A stretch of DNA of 64,000 bases. Origin: an uncultured Micavibrio sp. (lineage in GTDB: Bacteria > Pseudomonadota > Alphaproteobacteria > Micavibrionales > Micavibrionaceae). Positions within the stretch are counted from its first letter, which is position 1. Every line of letters begins with the position of its first letter. The position numbers were made by a program, and so were the translations under genes. The notes under the pieces were generated by a model. It was not told the DNA's origin, searched no databases, and was given only the letters and a program-made list of their open reading frames with translations. Of this stretch, positions 1 through 9,667 are shown piece by piece. The stretch is from contig CAZIFA010000009.1 of the NCBI GenBank assembly GCA_964539025.1, positions 14,554-78,553 on the forward strand. The letters run 5' to 3'.

Positions 1-35
1 GTTATTCTATAGTTAAGACATCAACAGAGGACTGC

Positions 36-830
36 ATGAAAAAAAGGGTAAAACCTTTGAATGCTGGACGGGCGCGCGCTCGTTCAGGCCGGGATCTCTT
101 TTCCTTTGCACAGGAAAATGAGTGGTTCGGCCTGCCTTTTTCCGAGATTTCTCCGAGACTTAAGCTATCCGTGTCCGAGCGCGCCAAGCGCATGGCGCTG
201 CGCCTCGACCCACGTAATCGCCTCGTCCATCTGGTGGTCCCGAAGCGAGCCAACATGCGTACGGCCTACCTGTTCGCCGAACAGAACAAGGAATGGATCC
301 GTGAAAAGCTGCGCGACCTCCCCAAACAGGTCCCCTTTAAAAATGGCGAAATTCTGCCGATTTTTGGCCGCGACCGCCAGATTATCGTCTGTTATAACCC
401 GGCCCTGAAGACGACCGAGATCACCCTGAAGAAGGATGAGCTGATCGTGTTAACCAATAAAACCGATCCGTCCGTACGCATACGCCGTTTCCTGATCGAA
501 CTGGCCCGCCAGAAGCTCACCGAACTGGCGCTGGAAAAGGCCGCTATGCTCCGCCGCAAGATTGCCGAGGTTTCGGTCAAGGACACCCGCTCCCGCTGGG
601 GCAGTTGCACCGAAGATGGCTGTATTTCCTTCTCATGGCGTCTGATTTTTGCGCCATCCAAAGCTTTTGACTATGTGGTTGCGCATGAAGTGTCCCACCT
701 TTGCCATATGGACCATTCTGACAATTTCTGGCGTGTCTGTGAACGCGCGTCCCGCTCCTACGAAGAAGGTAAGGAATGGATGCAACTGAACGGCCACAGC
801 CTAATGCGTTTTGGTAATTTATCCTCGTAG
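36..830 (+). CDS. YgjP-like metal-dependent hydrolase (DUF45, zincin HExxH)
   Basis: 264-aa ORF with ATG start. C-terminal 'SRWGSC' block and 'VVAHEVSHLCHMDHSDNFW' HExxH motif are typical of the YgjP/DUF45 family. Confidence 0.8.
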   Translation: MKKRVKPLNAGRARARSGRDLFSFAQENEWFGLPFSEISPRLKLSVSERAKRMALRLDPRNRLVHLVVPKRANMRTAYLFAEQNKEWIREKLRDLPKQVPFKNGEILPIFGRDRQIIVCYNPALKTTEITLKKDELIVLTNKTDPSVRIRRFLIELARQKLTELALEKAAMLRRKIAEVSVKDTRSRWGSCTEDGCISFSWRLIFAPSKAFDYVVAHEVSHLCHMDHSDNFWRVCERASRSYEEGKEWMQLNGHSLMRFGNLSS

Positions 831-851
831 CCGAGATAAATTCCCATCTCC

Positions 852-892
852 GACCCGCGAGGACTTACACACCCTCGCGGGTCTTTTCTTTT
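852..892 (+). terminator. Rho-independent terminator
   Basis: 11-bp GC-rich stem GACCCGCGAGG/CCTCGCGGGTC with a 9-nt loop, followed by TTTTCTTTT, 22 nt after the stop at 830. Confidence 0.65.
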
Positions 893-899
893 ATACGTC

Positions 900-928
900 T
901 TGACATAACAAAAACTCAAATATAAAAC
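900..928 (+). promoter_or_regulatory. Sigma70-like promoter with TTGACATAA box
   Basis: TTGACATAA at 900-908 and a TATAAAAC -10-like block at 921-928, about 30 nt upstream of the ORF at 960. Confidence 0.4.
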
Positions 929-959
929 ACCTTATAGTTTTTTATAGGAGAGAGTATTC

Positions 960-1313
960 ATGGGGTATCCTTCCATCATCGACTTGCCGTTGACACCTGA
1001 CGAAACATTTTTGAACAAAATGCGCCAACTTGTATTGCCAGCCATAAGAAATTGCGTCAAAGGCTTCAGTCCGGAAATTCAAAATATCGGCGAGTCCGCC
1101 GCACGAAAGTTTGTTGATGGACATGGCAGGGAAGCACTCATTACAATGGGCGCAATGACCGATCCTACGATTGACAAAGTGACGGCAACAGTCGTTTTCA
1201 ATTCCGCAAACTGGACAGGCAAGAACTTTACAGGCTTTACGCGCCCACAGGTTGTTGTCCAAACATCTGAAATTATTGGCACGCCGATTTATCGCAGGCT
1301 TAAGGTCGGTTAA
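960..1313 (+). CDS. hypothetical protein (117 aa)
   Basis: ATG preceded by AGGAGAG RBS, and a promoter-like box upstream. No recognisable domain. Preferred over the antisense ORF 942..1580, which runs into ruvX. Confidence 0.45.
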   Translation: MGYPSIIDLPLTPDETFLNKMRQLVLPAIRNCVKGFSPEIQNIGESAARKFVDGHGREALITMGAMTDPTIDKVTATVVFNSANWTGKNFTGFTRPQVVVQTSEIIGTPIYRRLKVG

Positions 1314-1476
1314 TCGGAAGTACTTCCATTCATGCAATCGTATGCGGCCCATGAATGTGCCGAACCGCTTTCTTAAACTAGTTTCTAGGTATTCAAAAAT
1401 TATCCATTGAATCTCAAAGACTTTTACAAATCTACCTGTACGTATGCTGAATACGATAGAATGCAACGCTGACCCG

Positions 1477-1974
1477 CTACTGGGCCGTTTTGAGGAAGTC
1501 GAGTGCGCCTTGAAGGATATGTTGGGCGGCGAGTTTATCGACCACCTGCGCGCGCTTAGCCCGCGATAGATCGGCTTCATCGATGAGGAAGTCTGTCACC
1601 ACGCTGGTGGACAGCCGCTCGTCGAATAAGGCTATCCACAGATCCGTCCCCTGTTCCATCCCCAGCTCCTGTGGATAATTCTTCATCTCATCGATGAACG
1701 ACATCACCCGGTCACAAGAACCGCTGATCGACCCGTCCATGTTGAGCGGCCAGCCGAACACAAACCCGCCAATGTCATATTCACGTGAAACAGCGCCAAG
1801 CTCTTTCATATCGAGGGAAAGTTTCTTGCGTTCGATGGTCCGAAGCGGCGTTGCGATAGATTGCCCCTCGTCGCTGATGGCGAGGCCGATGGTTTTGGTG
1901 CCTAGGTCCAGCCCCAGAAGGCGGGCTTTGGACGGCACAGCGTCGACAATGTCTTTGAGTAATCCGATAGGCAT
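1477..1974 (-). CDS. ruvX: Holliday junction resolvase-like nuclease RuvX (YqgF)
   Basis: 165 aa. N-terminal 'LLGLDLGTKTIGLAISD' is the YqgF/RuvX RNase H-fold signature. Confidence 0.9.
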   Translation of the reverse strand: MPIGLLKDIVDAVPSKARLLGLDLGTKTIGLAISDEGQSIATPLRTIERKKLSLDMKELGAVSREYDIGGFVFGWPLNMDGSISGSCDRVMSFIDEMKNYPQELGMEQGTDLWIALFDERLSTSVVTDFLIDEADLSRAKRAQVVDKLAAQHILQGALDFLKTAQ

Positions 1975-2004
1975 GGCCCTCTTTTATAGGGCTTTTTCCT
2001 TGTT

Positions 2005-2069
2005 GTCATCCTGAAGGAGCGTTAGCGACTGAAGGATCTCATGAGATCCTTCGCTTTGCTCAGGATGAC
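2005..2069. repeat. Palindromic element family A, copy 1 (65 bp)
   Basis: GTCATCCTGAAGGAGCGTTAGCGACTGAAGGATCTCATGAGATCCTTCGCTTTGCTCAGGATGAC. Near-identical copies lie at 44930 and 48245. The centre is the perfect palindrome GGATCTCATGAGATCC. Confidence 0.9.
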
Positions 2070-2127
2070 AGTGGACAAATTGTCCCATTGCCGTTTAAAA
2101 CTAAACAATCGAAATTGAAGGAAAACC

Positions 2128-2409
2128 ATGGATCTGCAAACCATCAAAAAAGTCGCCACGCTGGCCCGCCTCGAAATGAACGAGAGCGAGCTGGAAGCCG
2201 TCCGCGTCAAGCTCGGCAATATTATGAAATTCGTCGAGCAGCTCGGCGAAGTAAACACCGATAATGTCGAACCGCTGGCCAACGTCGTGGACATCAAACT
2301 GCGCCTGCGCGAAGACGTCGTGAATGACGGCGGCCAGCAGGAAAAAGTTTTGGCCAACGCGCCGGAATCCATGGAAGGTTTCTTCGTCGTCCCGAAAGTG
2401 GTGGAATAG
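2128..2409 (+). CDS. gatC: Asp/Glu-tRNA amidotransferase subunit C
   Basis: 93 aa. '[15 protein letters not shown]...[15 protein letters not shown]' is a typical GatC sequence, and gatA follows immediately. Confidence 0.9.
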   Translation: MDLQTIKKVATLARLEMNESELEAVRVKLGNIMKFVEQLGEVNTDNVEPLANVVDIKLRLREDVVNDGGQQEKVLANAPESMEGFFVVPKVVE

Positions 2410-2413
2410 AGTT

Positions 2414-3904
2414 ATGGCTGATCTAACCAATATGTCCCTCGCCGAAGCCGTGAAGGGTTTAGAGAAAAAAGAATTCTCCTCCGTTGAAATCACCAAGGCG
2501 CATTTGAAAGCGATGGAAGAACATCGCCACCTGAATGCGTATATCGTCGAGACGCCGGACGTCGCGCTTAAGATGGCCGAAGAATCCGACAAGCGCCGCG
2601 CAGCAGGCAAAGCAGGCTATCTCGAAGGCGCGCCGATCGGCGTGAAAGATTTGTTCTGCACGACGGGTGTACAAACCACCGCCGCATCCAAAATCCTCGA
2701 AGGTTTTATCCCACAATATGAATCAACGGTGACGAGCAAATTGTTCGCCGATGGCGCGGTCATGCTCGGCAAACTCAATCTCGATGAATTCGCGATGGGG
2801 TCCGCCAACACGACCTCCGGCTACGGCAACGTAATATCCCCATGGAAACGCAACGACGGATCGAACGCGGATTTGACGCCGGGTGGATCGTCGGGCGGTT
2901 CCGCCGCCGCAGTGTCCGCGCGCTTGTGCCTGGCCGCAACAGGCACCGACACGGGCGGCTCTATTCGCCAGCCCGCCGCCTTCTGCGGCATCGCCGGAAT
3001 CAAACCGACTTACGGTCGCTGTTCGCGTTGGGGTGTTGTGGCGTTTGCTTCTTCGCTCGACCAAGCCGGATCTTTCGGACGCACGCTCGAAGATGCATCC
3101 ATGATGCTTAAATCCATGTCGGGTTTCGATCCGAAAGATTCGACAAGCGCCGATAAACCCGTGCCTGATTTCGTTGGCGCACTCGGCGGTTCGATAAAAG
3201 GATTGAAAGTCGGCATTCCAAAAGAATACCGCCCAGAAGGACTCGCGCCGGAAATCGAAAAACTCTGGGACAACGGGATTAAGTGGCTGCAAGATGCAGG
3301 CGCGGAAATCGTCAACGTGTCCCTGCCGCACACAAAATACGGATTGCCCGCCTATTACATCATCGCGCCTGCAGAATGTTCGTCGAACCTCGCACGCTAT
3401 GACGGTGTGCGCTATGGATTGCGCGTCGATGGCAAAGACCTGACAGAGACGTATGAGAAAACGCGTGCGAAAGGTTTCGGAGATGAAGTCAAACGCCGTA
3501 TCATGGTCGGCACGTATGTTTTGTCCGCCGGATATTACGATGCGTATTACATCAAGGCACAAAAAGTCCGCCGCCTGATTTTGCAGGACTTCCTAGACGC
3601 GTACAAACAATGTGATGTTATTCTCGCACCGTCTACGCCTTCCGCTGCATTTGCCATCGGTGAAAATGAAGACGACCCGATCAAGATGTATCTGAACGAC
3701 GTATTCACCGTCACGGTGAACCTCGCTGGATTACCCGGTCTTTCCATTCCGGCGGGGTTGAACCACGAAGGCTTGCCGCTAGGTCTTCAACTTATCGGCC
3801 GCCCGTGGGATGAGGAAACCATCATCCGTGCCGGTGGCGTGATCGAAAAGGCCGCGAACTTTACGGCCGTTCCTTCGTTGTTAAATATGAAGAAGGCTGC
3901 TTAA
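2414..3904 (+). CDS. gatA: Asp/Glu-tRNA amidotransferase subunit A
   Basis: Amidase signature '[11 protein letters not shown]' and '[12 protein letters not shown]'. I chose ATG 2414 ([12 protein letters not shown]), 5 nt after the gatC stop, instead of the ORF-track start 2324, which overlaps gatC. Confidence 0.95.
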   Translation: MADLTNMSLAEAVKGLEKKEFSSVEITKAHLKAMEEHRHLNAYIVETPDVALKMAEESDKRRAAGKAGYLEGAPIGVKDLFCTTGVQTTAASKILEGFIPQYESTVTSKLFADGAVMLGKLNLDEFAMGSANTTSGYGNVISPWKRNDGSNADLTPGGSSGGSAAAVSARLCLAATGTDTGGSIRQPAAFCGIAGIKPTYGRCSRWGVVAFASSLDQAGSFGRTLEDASMMLKSMSGFDPKDSTSADKPVPDFVGALGGSIKGLKVGIPKEYRPEGLAPEIEKLWDNGIKWLQDAGAEIVNVSLPHTKYGLPAYYIIAPAECSSNLARYDGVRYGLRVDGKDLTETYEKTRAKGFGDEVKRRIMVGTYVLSAGYYDAYYIKAQKVRRLILQDFLDAYKQCDVILAPSTPSAAFAIGENEDDPIKMYLNDVFTVTVNLAGLPGLSIPAGLNHEGLPLGLQLIGRPWDEETIIRAGGVIEKAANFTAVPSLLNMKKAA

Positions 3905-4085
3905 CCTGTGGGCTTATTTGATTTCCTTCGCGACGCCTTCAAGCCAACGGACCCTTTGTTCATGGAGGTTCAGATGCGTGCGATGTCCATGCTTTGTGAA
4001 CCCAATCCTGACAACGACAGCCCGGTAAATTCCGGCGAACCGCCCGCACAACCACAACAACCGTCACCAAAGTGAAAGAAGCTGC

Positions 4086-4730
4086 ATGAACGATATCGCA
4101 CAACCGCAACTCTTCGTTTTCGCCGGACGTCCGGGCGCTGGAAAATCCACGCTGGCCGATATGTTGGGTGAAAAATACGGTTTTGTACGGGTCGATAAAG
4201 ACGACTCGACCTTTAAAACCAACGACATCATTCGGGAACGGCACAAAGCGCACGAAGGCACTGGCATTGATTTCTGGGAAACGCCGGAATGCAAAAAAAT
4301 TCTCGAGCCCGCCTTATATCGCGAAGTCTTTGAGCGCGCCTATGGGTTGTTGCGCGAGGGGAAAAACTGCGTCGTCGACGGCCCACTTTTGAAAGAGGCA
4401 GAAGACCCCAACTATCCCGCTTTCATCGACAGCATCGTTCGCGCCAATGGCCTGAATACAAAAGTGACGTTCTTCTGGTTTACGCTGTCGGCAGATGCAC
4501 TCAAACGCAATATATTTACCCGCGATGCGGAACGCGATTACGCGAAAATGCGCGACTGGGATAGTTATATTGCGGGCATAGATTTTAATTTTAGGCCTGT
4601 CTTCGCATATAATTTAGTAGATACGTCCTCACAAACGCCTCAGGAATTGTTCGCCTATATCGAAAGCATTGCCCACCCCAGAGGCAGCACGACCAACCCT
4701 CTATCCTCTGCAAAAGGATACGAGCCATGA
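4086..4730 (+). CDS. P-loop kinase-like ATPase (AAA_33-like)
   Basis: 214 aa with Walker A 'GRPGAGKST' near the N-terminus. No other domain recognised. Confidence 0.6.
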   Translation: MNDIAQPQLFVFAGRPGAGKSTLADMLGEKYGFVRVDKDDSTFKTNDIIRERHKAHEGTGIDFWETPECKKILEPALYREVFERAYGLLREGKNCVVDGPLLKEAEDPNYPAFIDSIVRANGLNTKVTFFWFTLSADALKRNIFTRDAERDYAKMRDWDSYIAGIDFNFRPVFAYNLVDTSSQTPQELFAYIESIAHPRGSTTNPLSSAKGYEP

Positions 4731-5257
4731 AATACCTGTTCATATTTTTAATACTGCTGCCGCTATCCGCGCAGGCGCAAACCTTTGTTTCCAAAGACAC
4801 GGCCAACGCCTATTACGCGAACTGCGTCAAAACACCGCCATCCCAGAATTTTTCGCAAGAAGGACAGCAAATATTCTGCGCCTGCACCGCCGCGCGCATG
4901 ACGCAGTTTTTCACTATGGAAGACTGGCAGCAAATCGTGAACCGTGGACCGAAACTGCGCGAAGCCGATAACCGCATGCTGGTTAATGTAACCGCGTGGT
5001 GCCTGCAAGAACCTACCAGGGCCTACTATTACAACACCTGCATCAGTGACACTAACACCGCCAGTTACGGCAACCCTCAACAAATATGCTCATGTCTGGG
5101 CGACGCCATGGGGTTGCATGTTCAGGGGAGCGCGCCGCGCATATTTGCCGAAGCGCTGACCAAAGACCCGAATATAGCTGACCCAATGGTTTACCTTCTC
5201 GGCGATTCAGGTTTTCAGCAATTTGCGCGTACACAACTCACGCGATGCCTTAAATAA
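4727..5257 (+). CDS. secreted Cys-rich hypothetical protein
   Basis: ATGA overlap with the upstream gene. Signal peptide 'MKYLFIFLILLPLSAQA'. Internal duplication: 'YYANC...QQIFCACTAARM' versus 'YYYNTC...QQICSCLGDAM'. Confidence 0.55.
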   Translation: MKYLFIFLILLPLSAQAQTFVSKDTANAYYANCVKTPPSQNFSQEGQQIFCACTAARMTQFFTMEDWQQIVNRGPKLREADNRMLVNVTAWCLQEPTRAYYYNTCISDTNTASYGNPQQICSCLGDAMGLHVQGSAPRIFAEALTKDPNIADPMVYLLGDSGFQQFARTQLTRCLK

Positions 5258-5300
5258 ATCATAATCGACGCCTAAGAATCTGATAGGGTTTATTCACGAA

Positions 5301-5328
5301 CCGCCCCTCCCCGGGGCGGGATTCTTTT
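5301..5328 (+). terminator. Rho-independent terminator
   Basis: Stem CCGCCCC/GGGGCGG with loop TCCCC, followed by GATTCTTTT, 44 nt after the stop at 5257. Confidence 0.55.
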
Positions 5329-5338
5329 GGGGTTTTTC

Positions 5339-6256
5339 ATGACCATTGCACAAAAAAATGTGCGCGCGATGATGTTGGCTGCCGTGGGTTTTAGCCTATA
5401 TTCGTTCGGCGATGTGTTCGTCAAGGCGCAGGCCGCTAACTACGAACCATATCAGATCGGTTTTTACATCAACCTGTTCTTCCTGCCCCTCGTATTAAGT
5501 TTTTCCAGCAAGCTCGGCGGCCTCGGCAACGCCCTTAGAACAAAACATCTGAAACTTCATATTCTGCGTGCCTGCTGTGGCTTGCTTACCTTTTATATGA
5601 TGACACGTGGATTCCATGTTCTGGGCATGGCAACATCCTACACGCTGATTTTCGTCGCGCCATTCATCGCCACAATCATGTCCATTTTCGTCATGGGTGA
5701 AAAAATCCGCATCTACAGATGGTGTGCCATCGCCGCCGGGTTTACAGGCGTGCTCGTCGTCCTGCGCCCCGGCATTATCCCGATGGAACCTGCGGCGCTC
5801 GGCATTGTGCTTGCCGCCTTCGCCTACGCCACCGGAACCATGGTCATCCGCAAGATCGGGGATAAGGAACCCCTGCTCTGTTTTTCCATGTTCGGATCGA
5901 TGGCCCAGCTCGTCGTCTTCGGCGGGTATATGATCTACAAGGGCGAAATGCAGCTTCCGGCCCTGAACCATCTCTGGTTCTTTGGCGCCACGGCCTTCAT
6001 TCATATGTTCGCCAACTTCGCCGTCTCCCGCGCGTTCGGCAGCGGGGAAATGTCGGTCGTCGCGCCGTTCCATTACGTCCAACTCCTCTGGGGCGTGATT
6101 TTCGGTTACTTTATTTTCCACAACGTCATAGATTTGTGGACAGCCATTGGCGGGGCCATTATTGTGGGCAGCGGTATTTACATGATCCACCGCGAACATG
6201 TCCGCCACCGTGAAATGACCCACGGGGTCGTGGCGAGCGGCAGCGCGGTGGAATAG
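5339..6256 (+). CDS. EamA/DMT family transporter
   Basis: About 305 aa with 10 predicted hydrophobic helices in two similar halves, the typical EamA layout. ATG 5339 is preferred over the TTG at 5327, which lies inside the terminator. Confidence 0.75.
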   Translation: MTIAQKNVRAMMLAAVGFSLYSFGDVFVKAQAANYEPYQIGFYINLFFLPLVLSFSSKLGGLGNALRTKHLKLHILRACCGLLTFYMMTRGFHVLGMATSYTLIFVAPFIATIMSIFVMGEKIRIYRWCAIAAGFTGVLVVLRPGIIPMEPAALGIVLAAFAYATGTMVIRKIGDKEPLLCFSMFGSMAQLVVFGGYMIYKGEMQLPALNHLWFFGATAFIHMFANFAVSRAFGSGEMSVVAPFHYVQLLWGVIFGYFIFHNVIDLWTAIGGAIIVGSGIYMIHREHVRHREMTHGVVASGSAVE

Positions 6257-6273
6257 ATTTTAAGGACTGCACT

Positions 6274-7725
6274 ATGACGTATTTGTTGAAGGGCGAAACG
6301 GGGGATTGGGAAGTTGTGATCGGAATGGAAGTCCATGCGCAGATCACCGCGAAGTCCAAACTTTTTTCCGGGTCTTCCGCGCAGTTCGGCGCGGAACCGA
6401 ACACACAAGTTTCTATGGTCGATGCCGCGATGCCGGGTATGCTCCCCGTTCTCAATCAATATTGTGTCGAGCAAGCCGTGCGCACGGGCCTCGGCCTCAA
6501 CGCCGCGATCAACACCCATTCGGTGTTCGAGCGTAAAAATTATTTCTATCCCGACCTGCCGCAGGGCTACCAAATTTCGCAGTTCCTACACCCGATCGTC
6601 GGCAAAGGGATTATCGAGATTGATTTATCCGATGGTTCGACCAAGGAAATCGGCGTCACGCGTTTGCACATGGAACAGGATGCCGGAAAATCCCTACACG
6701 ACCAGCACCCGACAAAATCTTTCGTCGACCTCAACCGTTCCGGTTGCGCGCTGATGGAGATCGTGTCCGAACCCGACATTCGCGGCCCCGAAGAAGCCGC
6801 GGCGTATCTGTCCAAACTCCGCATGATCCTGCGTTACCTCGGCACATGCGATGGCAACATGGAAGAAGGCTCCATGCGCGCCGACGTCAACGTATCGGTC
6901 CGCAAACTCGGCGCGGGCCTCGGCACGCGGTGTGAGATCAAGAACGTGAACTCTGTGAAGGCCGTTCAGCAATCCATCGAATTCGAAGCGCGCCGCCAGA
7001 TCGAAATCATCGAAGGCGGTGGCAAGATCAAACAAGAAACCCGCTTGTGGGACCCGACGAAACTCGAAACCCGCTCCATGCGTTCCAAAGAAGAAGCGCA
7101 TGACTACCGCTATTTCCCCGATCCCGACCTTCTGCCGCTCGAACTCGACCCGAAATGGATTACCGAGATCAAGGCGACGCTGCCGGAATTGCCGGATCAG
7201 AAAAAACACCGCTTTATGAAGGATTTTGGGTTGTCACTATATGACTCCACCGTCCTGATCGCCGAAAAAACCCGCGCGGAATATTTTGAATCCGCCGCGA
7301 ACGATTCCGACCCGAAACTCGCCGCGAACTGGATTTTGAACGAACTCATCGGCCTTCTGAACAAGGACGGACGCGACATCACCGAAAGCCCGATCAAGGC
7401 CAAACAGATCGGCGGCCTGATCGCGCTTATTCAAGACAACACGATTTCGGGAAAAATCGCCAAGGAAGTCTTCGCCGATATGTACGCGACGGGCAATGAT
7501 GCCGCGAAAATCGTGGAATCCAAAGGCCTGAAACAAATCACAGACACGGGCGCCATAGAAGCGATCATCGACAAGATTATCGCCGCCAACCCCGACAATG
7601 TCGCGGGCTACAAGGCCGGTAAGGACAAATTGTTCGGCTTCTTCGTCGGACAAGTCATGAAAGAAACGGGCGGCAAAGCCAACCCCGCGATCATCAACGA
7701 TCTTCTTAAAAAGAAATTATCATAG
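6274..7725 (+). CDS. gatB: Asp/Glu-tRNA amidotransferase subunit B
   Basis: 483 aa. '[13 protein letters not shown]', '[15 protein letters not shown]' and 'VNVSVR' are GatB hallmarks. Confidence 0.95.
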   Translation: MTYLLKGETGDWEVVIGMEVHAQITAKSKLFSGSSAQFGAEPNTQVSMVDAAMPGMLPVLNQYCVEQAVRTGLGLNAAINTHSVFERKNYFYPDLPQGYQISQFLHPIVGKGIIEIDLSDGSTKEIGVTRLHMEQDAGKSLHDQHPTKSFVDLNRSGCALMEIVSEPDIRGPEEAAAYLSKLRMILRYLGTCDGNMEEGSMRADVNVSVRKLGAGLGTRCEIKNVNSVKAVQQSIEFEARRQIEIIEGGGKIKQETRLWDPTKLETRSMRSKEEAHDYRYFPDPDLLPLELDPKWITEIKATLPELPDQKKHRFMKDFGLSLYDSTVLIAEKTRAEYFESAANDSDPKLAANWILNELIGLLNKDGRDITESPIKAKQIGGLIALIQDNTISGKIAKEVFADMYATGNDAAKIVESKGLKQITDTGAIEAIIDKIIAANPDNVAGYKAGKDKLFGFFVGQVMKETGGKANPAIINDLLKKKLS

Positions 7726-7738
7726 ATCGCCCCGCGCC

Positions 7739-8233
7739 ATGCTCATCATAAAAACCTATCTGGATAAAGATGAATATGGCGGGCGCGGAGTTTTCAGCGC
7801 AGAGGATATCAAAAAAGGCGAAATCGTCTGGCAATATGACGAAGCGACGACACGCATCCTGAGCATCGAAGAATACCGCTCCATCATGGCAACGGGCGGT
7901 TCCATCGCCGAAACGATCCGCAAATATTGCTACCCCTGCGTCCTGAAAAATAATAAACGCGTTCTAATGCACGATCTGGACAACGGGTCTTACATGAACC
8001 ACAGCGACACCCCCAACACGGGCATGATCACCGATCCCGCGCACCCGCATTATAATCATCGGGAAGAGTTAAACATCGCCCTACGCGATATCGCCAAGGG
8101 TGAGCAGCTTACCTACGATTATTTCGAATTTATCGAGGGTGATCTAGAATCATGGGACGGAATCGAAACCTGCATGCAGTTCCTGATCGACATAAATCAC
8201 CCCCGCACACGCCGTTACAAGATCGCCCTTTAA
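7739..8233 (+). CDS. SET domain-containing protein (putative lysine methyltransferase)
   Basis: 164 aa. 'GRGVFSAEDIKKGEIV', 'NHSDTPN' and 'GEQLTYDY' match SET-domain core motifs. The gene starts 13 nt after gatB. Confidence 0.7.
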   Translation: MLIIKTYLDKDEYGGRGVFSAEDIKKGEIVWQYDEATTRILSIEEYRSIMATGGSIAETIRKYCYPCVLKNNKRVLMHDLDNGSYMNHSDTPNTGMITDPAHPHYNHREELNIALRDIAKGEQLTYDYFEFIEGDLESWDGIETCMQFLIDINHPRTRRYKIAL

Positions 8234-8315
8234 CCATTTTTCTCCACGATCCTGCCGCAATTCAGGCCATTCGCAGGTATTTATCGGCGATCAGCATTTT
8301 TTTGTTGGAATCTGT

Positions 8316-8337
8316 GCGTCTTTATATATAAAGACGC
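8316..8337. promoter_or_regulatory. 22-bp perfect palindrome (possible operator)
   Basis: GCGTCTTTATATATAAAGACGC ends 5 nt before the ATG at 8343. No T-run on either side, so it is not an obvious terminator. Confidence 0.3.
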
Positions 8338-8342
8338 CCGCA

Positions 8343-8954
8343 ATGTTCACATCGAGATACATGATTGTCGCACTGGTTCTGATCGGGGGTCTTCTGACTT
8401 CGCCCGTGATTTACCATTATTTCAAAGGCAATCTCGTCCTCTTTTCCTTCCCTACCGAAGAAACCAAGGCCGACGCCGTCATGGTCTTTACAGGCTCGCC
8501 CGACCGTCTGGTTCAAGGGTACGAATCCTACCTGCGCGGCGAAGGCAAAAAACTGATGATAACGGGCCGCGATTACCCCAAGGACGCGAAAAAGGCCGAA
8601 GTGCGCAGACTTTCCCGCAAGGTAAACAAGGATAAGGTCTATATCGACCTCAAGGCCCGCAATACGATAGAAAATGCCAAAAACGGTGCCGCATGGGCGT
8701 TGAAGAATAATGTAAAGAGTATCCTGCTTGTAACGACGGAAGATCACATGTCCCGCGCCTATTTTGAACTGCACAGGCTGCTGCCGTCACACGTCAAAAT
8801 CTATACGGATGAAGTGCCGGGCGACATCGATTATCCCGGCATGGATTCCGAAACGGGTAGGCTGGTCTGCCGTATGTATGAAACCGCAACGGACACATCT
8901 TTTTGCTACCGTTCGCGCGATATTGTACGCACCCTCGAAAAACATCTATCATAA
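8343..8954 (+). CDS. YdcF/DUF218 family protein
   Basis: N-terminal TM helix, 'AVMVFTGSPDRL' and 'LLVTTEDHMSRA' are DUF218 motifs. Paralogous to 53616..54218. Confidence 0.7.
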   Translation: MFTSRYMIVALVLIGGLLTSPVIYHYFKGNLVLFSFPTEETKADAVMVFTGSPDRLVQGYESYLRGEGKKLMITGRDYPKDAKKAEVRRLSRKVNKDKVYIDLKARNTIENAKNGAAWALKNNVKSILLVTTEDHMSRAYFELHRLLPSHVKIYTDEVPGDIDYPGMDSETGRLVCRMYETATDTSFCYRSRDIVRTLEKHLS

Positions 8955-8992
8955 TCCTCGCTAGTCCGCGCACTTCCCGCTATGGTCCTGCC

Positions 8993-9667
8993 ATGGACAA
9001 CGCCTTTACCGTAGAACCTCTGGATAATCTTTTCGTACTCCGCGACGATCTGATCGCTGGCGGAACAAAACGCCGCGCGCTCGATCTTTGTCTTAATGAC
9101 ATTCCACAGAAAAAGATTTTCTATGCAGGGACGATTTTCGGGCACGGCGCGCTCGCGCTGGCGCAAGCCTGCAAAGAACAAAACAAACAGGCGCATTTAT
9201 ATTTGTCCTCCAACGATGCCGAACATCCAATGCTTAAAAAATTGCGCGATACCGGCGCCAAAATCCACCGCGCAGGTCCAGTGCCCGTCGATGCGTTGCT
9301 GGATCAGGCCACGCGCGAAAAAGGGGAAGCCCACATCTTCCCGCTCGGCTTCGATGCCCCCGCCTTTCACAGCGCGATGTCCAAAGTCTTGCGCGAATTC
9401 GACATCTCCCCCTATTCCGAAATCTGGTGTCCCGCTGTCAGCGGCACGATGGCCCGCGCCTTAAAATCCACCTTTACAAAAACACCGATCAAGGTTGTTG
9501 CCGTGACAAAAGACATTCAACGCGACCACACCGCGCCCGAAAAATATCACCAACCCGCCCTGACCCCGCCGCCCTATCCGTCCTGCCCCTATACGGATGC
9601 CAAGGTTTGGCAGTTCGCGCAACAGCACGCAAAACCCGGTGCATTGATATGGAATATTGCGGGTTAA
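8993..9667 (+). CDS. hypothetical protein, weakly ACC-deaminase-like (fold-type II PLP?)
   Basis: ATG 8993 (MDNAFTVEP) avoids overlap with the upstream gene. 'LIAGGTKRRALD' resembles the GGNKxRKLE lysine motif of the ACC deaminase/D-cysteine desulfhydrase family, but the protein is short (224 aa). Confidence 0.4.
   Translation: MDNAFTVEPLDNLFVLRDDLIAGGTKRRALDLCLNDIPQKKIFYAGTIFGHGALALAQACKEQNKQAHLYLSSNDAEHPMLKKLRDTGAKIHRAGPVPVDALLDQATREKGEAHIFPLGFDAPAFHSAMSKVLREFDISPYSEIWCPAVSGTMARALKSTFTKTPIKVVAVTKDIQRDHTAPEKYHQPALTPPPYPSCPYTDAKVWQFAQQHAKPGALIWNIAG

Noticed and set aside
942-1580. 212-aa minus-strand ORF
   Set aside because: It overlaps the 3' end of ruvX by about 100 nt and is antisense to the better-supported 960..1313 ORF, which has an RBS and a promoter box. 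No domain recognised.
2324-2413. Upstream extension of gatA overlapping gatC
   Set aside because: It lies in a different frame over the gatC coding sequence. ATG 2414 immediately after the gatC stop is the conventional arrangement.
2723-3562. Long antisense ORFs inside core genes. Examples: 2723..3562 in gatA, 5495..6223 in the EamA gene, 46659..47408 in the pentapeptide gene, 60027..60812 in the chorismate mutase gene and 60887..61861 in metA.
   Set aside because: They are typical shadow ORFs of GC-biased coding regions. Their translations are Arg/Gly/His-rich and low-complexity, and the opposite-strand proteins have unambiguous conserved motifs.
3962-4072. 36-aa ORF (MEVQMRAMSMLCEPNPDNDSPVNSGEPPAQPQQPSPK) in the gatA/kinase gap
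   Set aside because: It has no convincing RBS, a low-complexity translation, and no supporting terminator or promoter.
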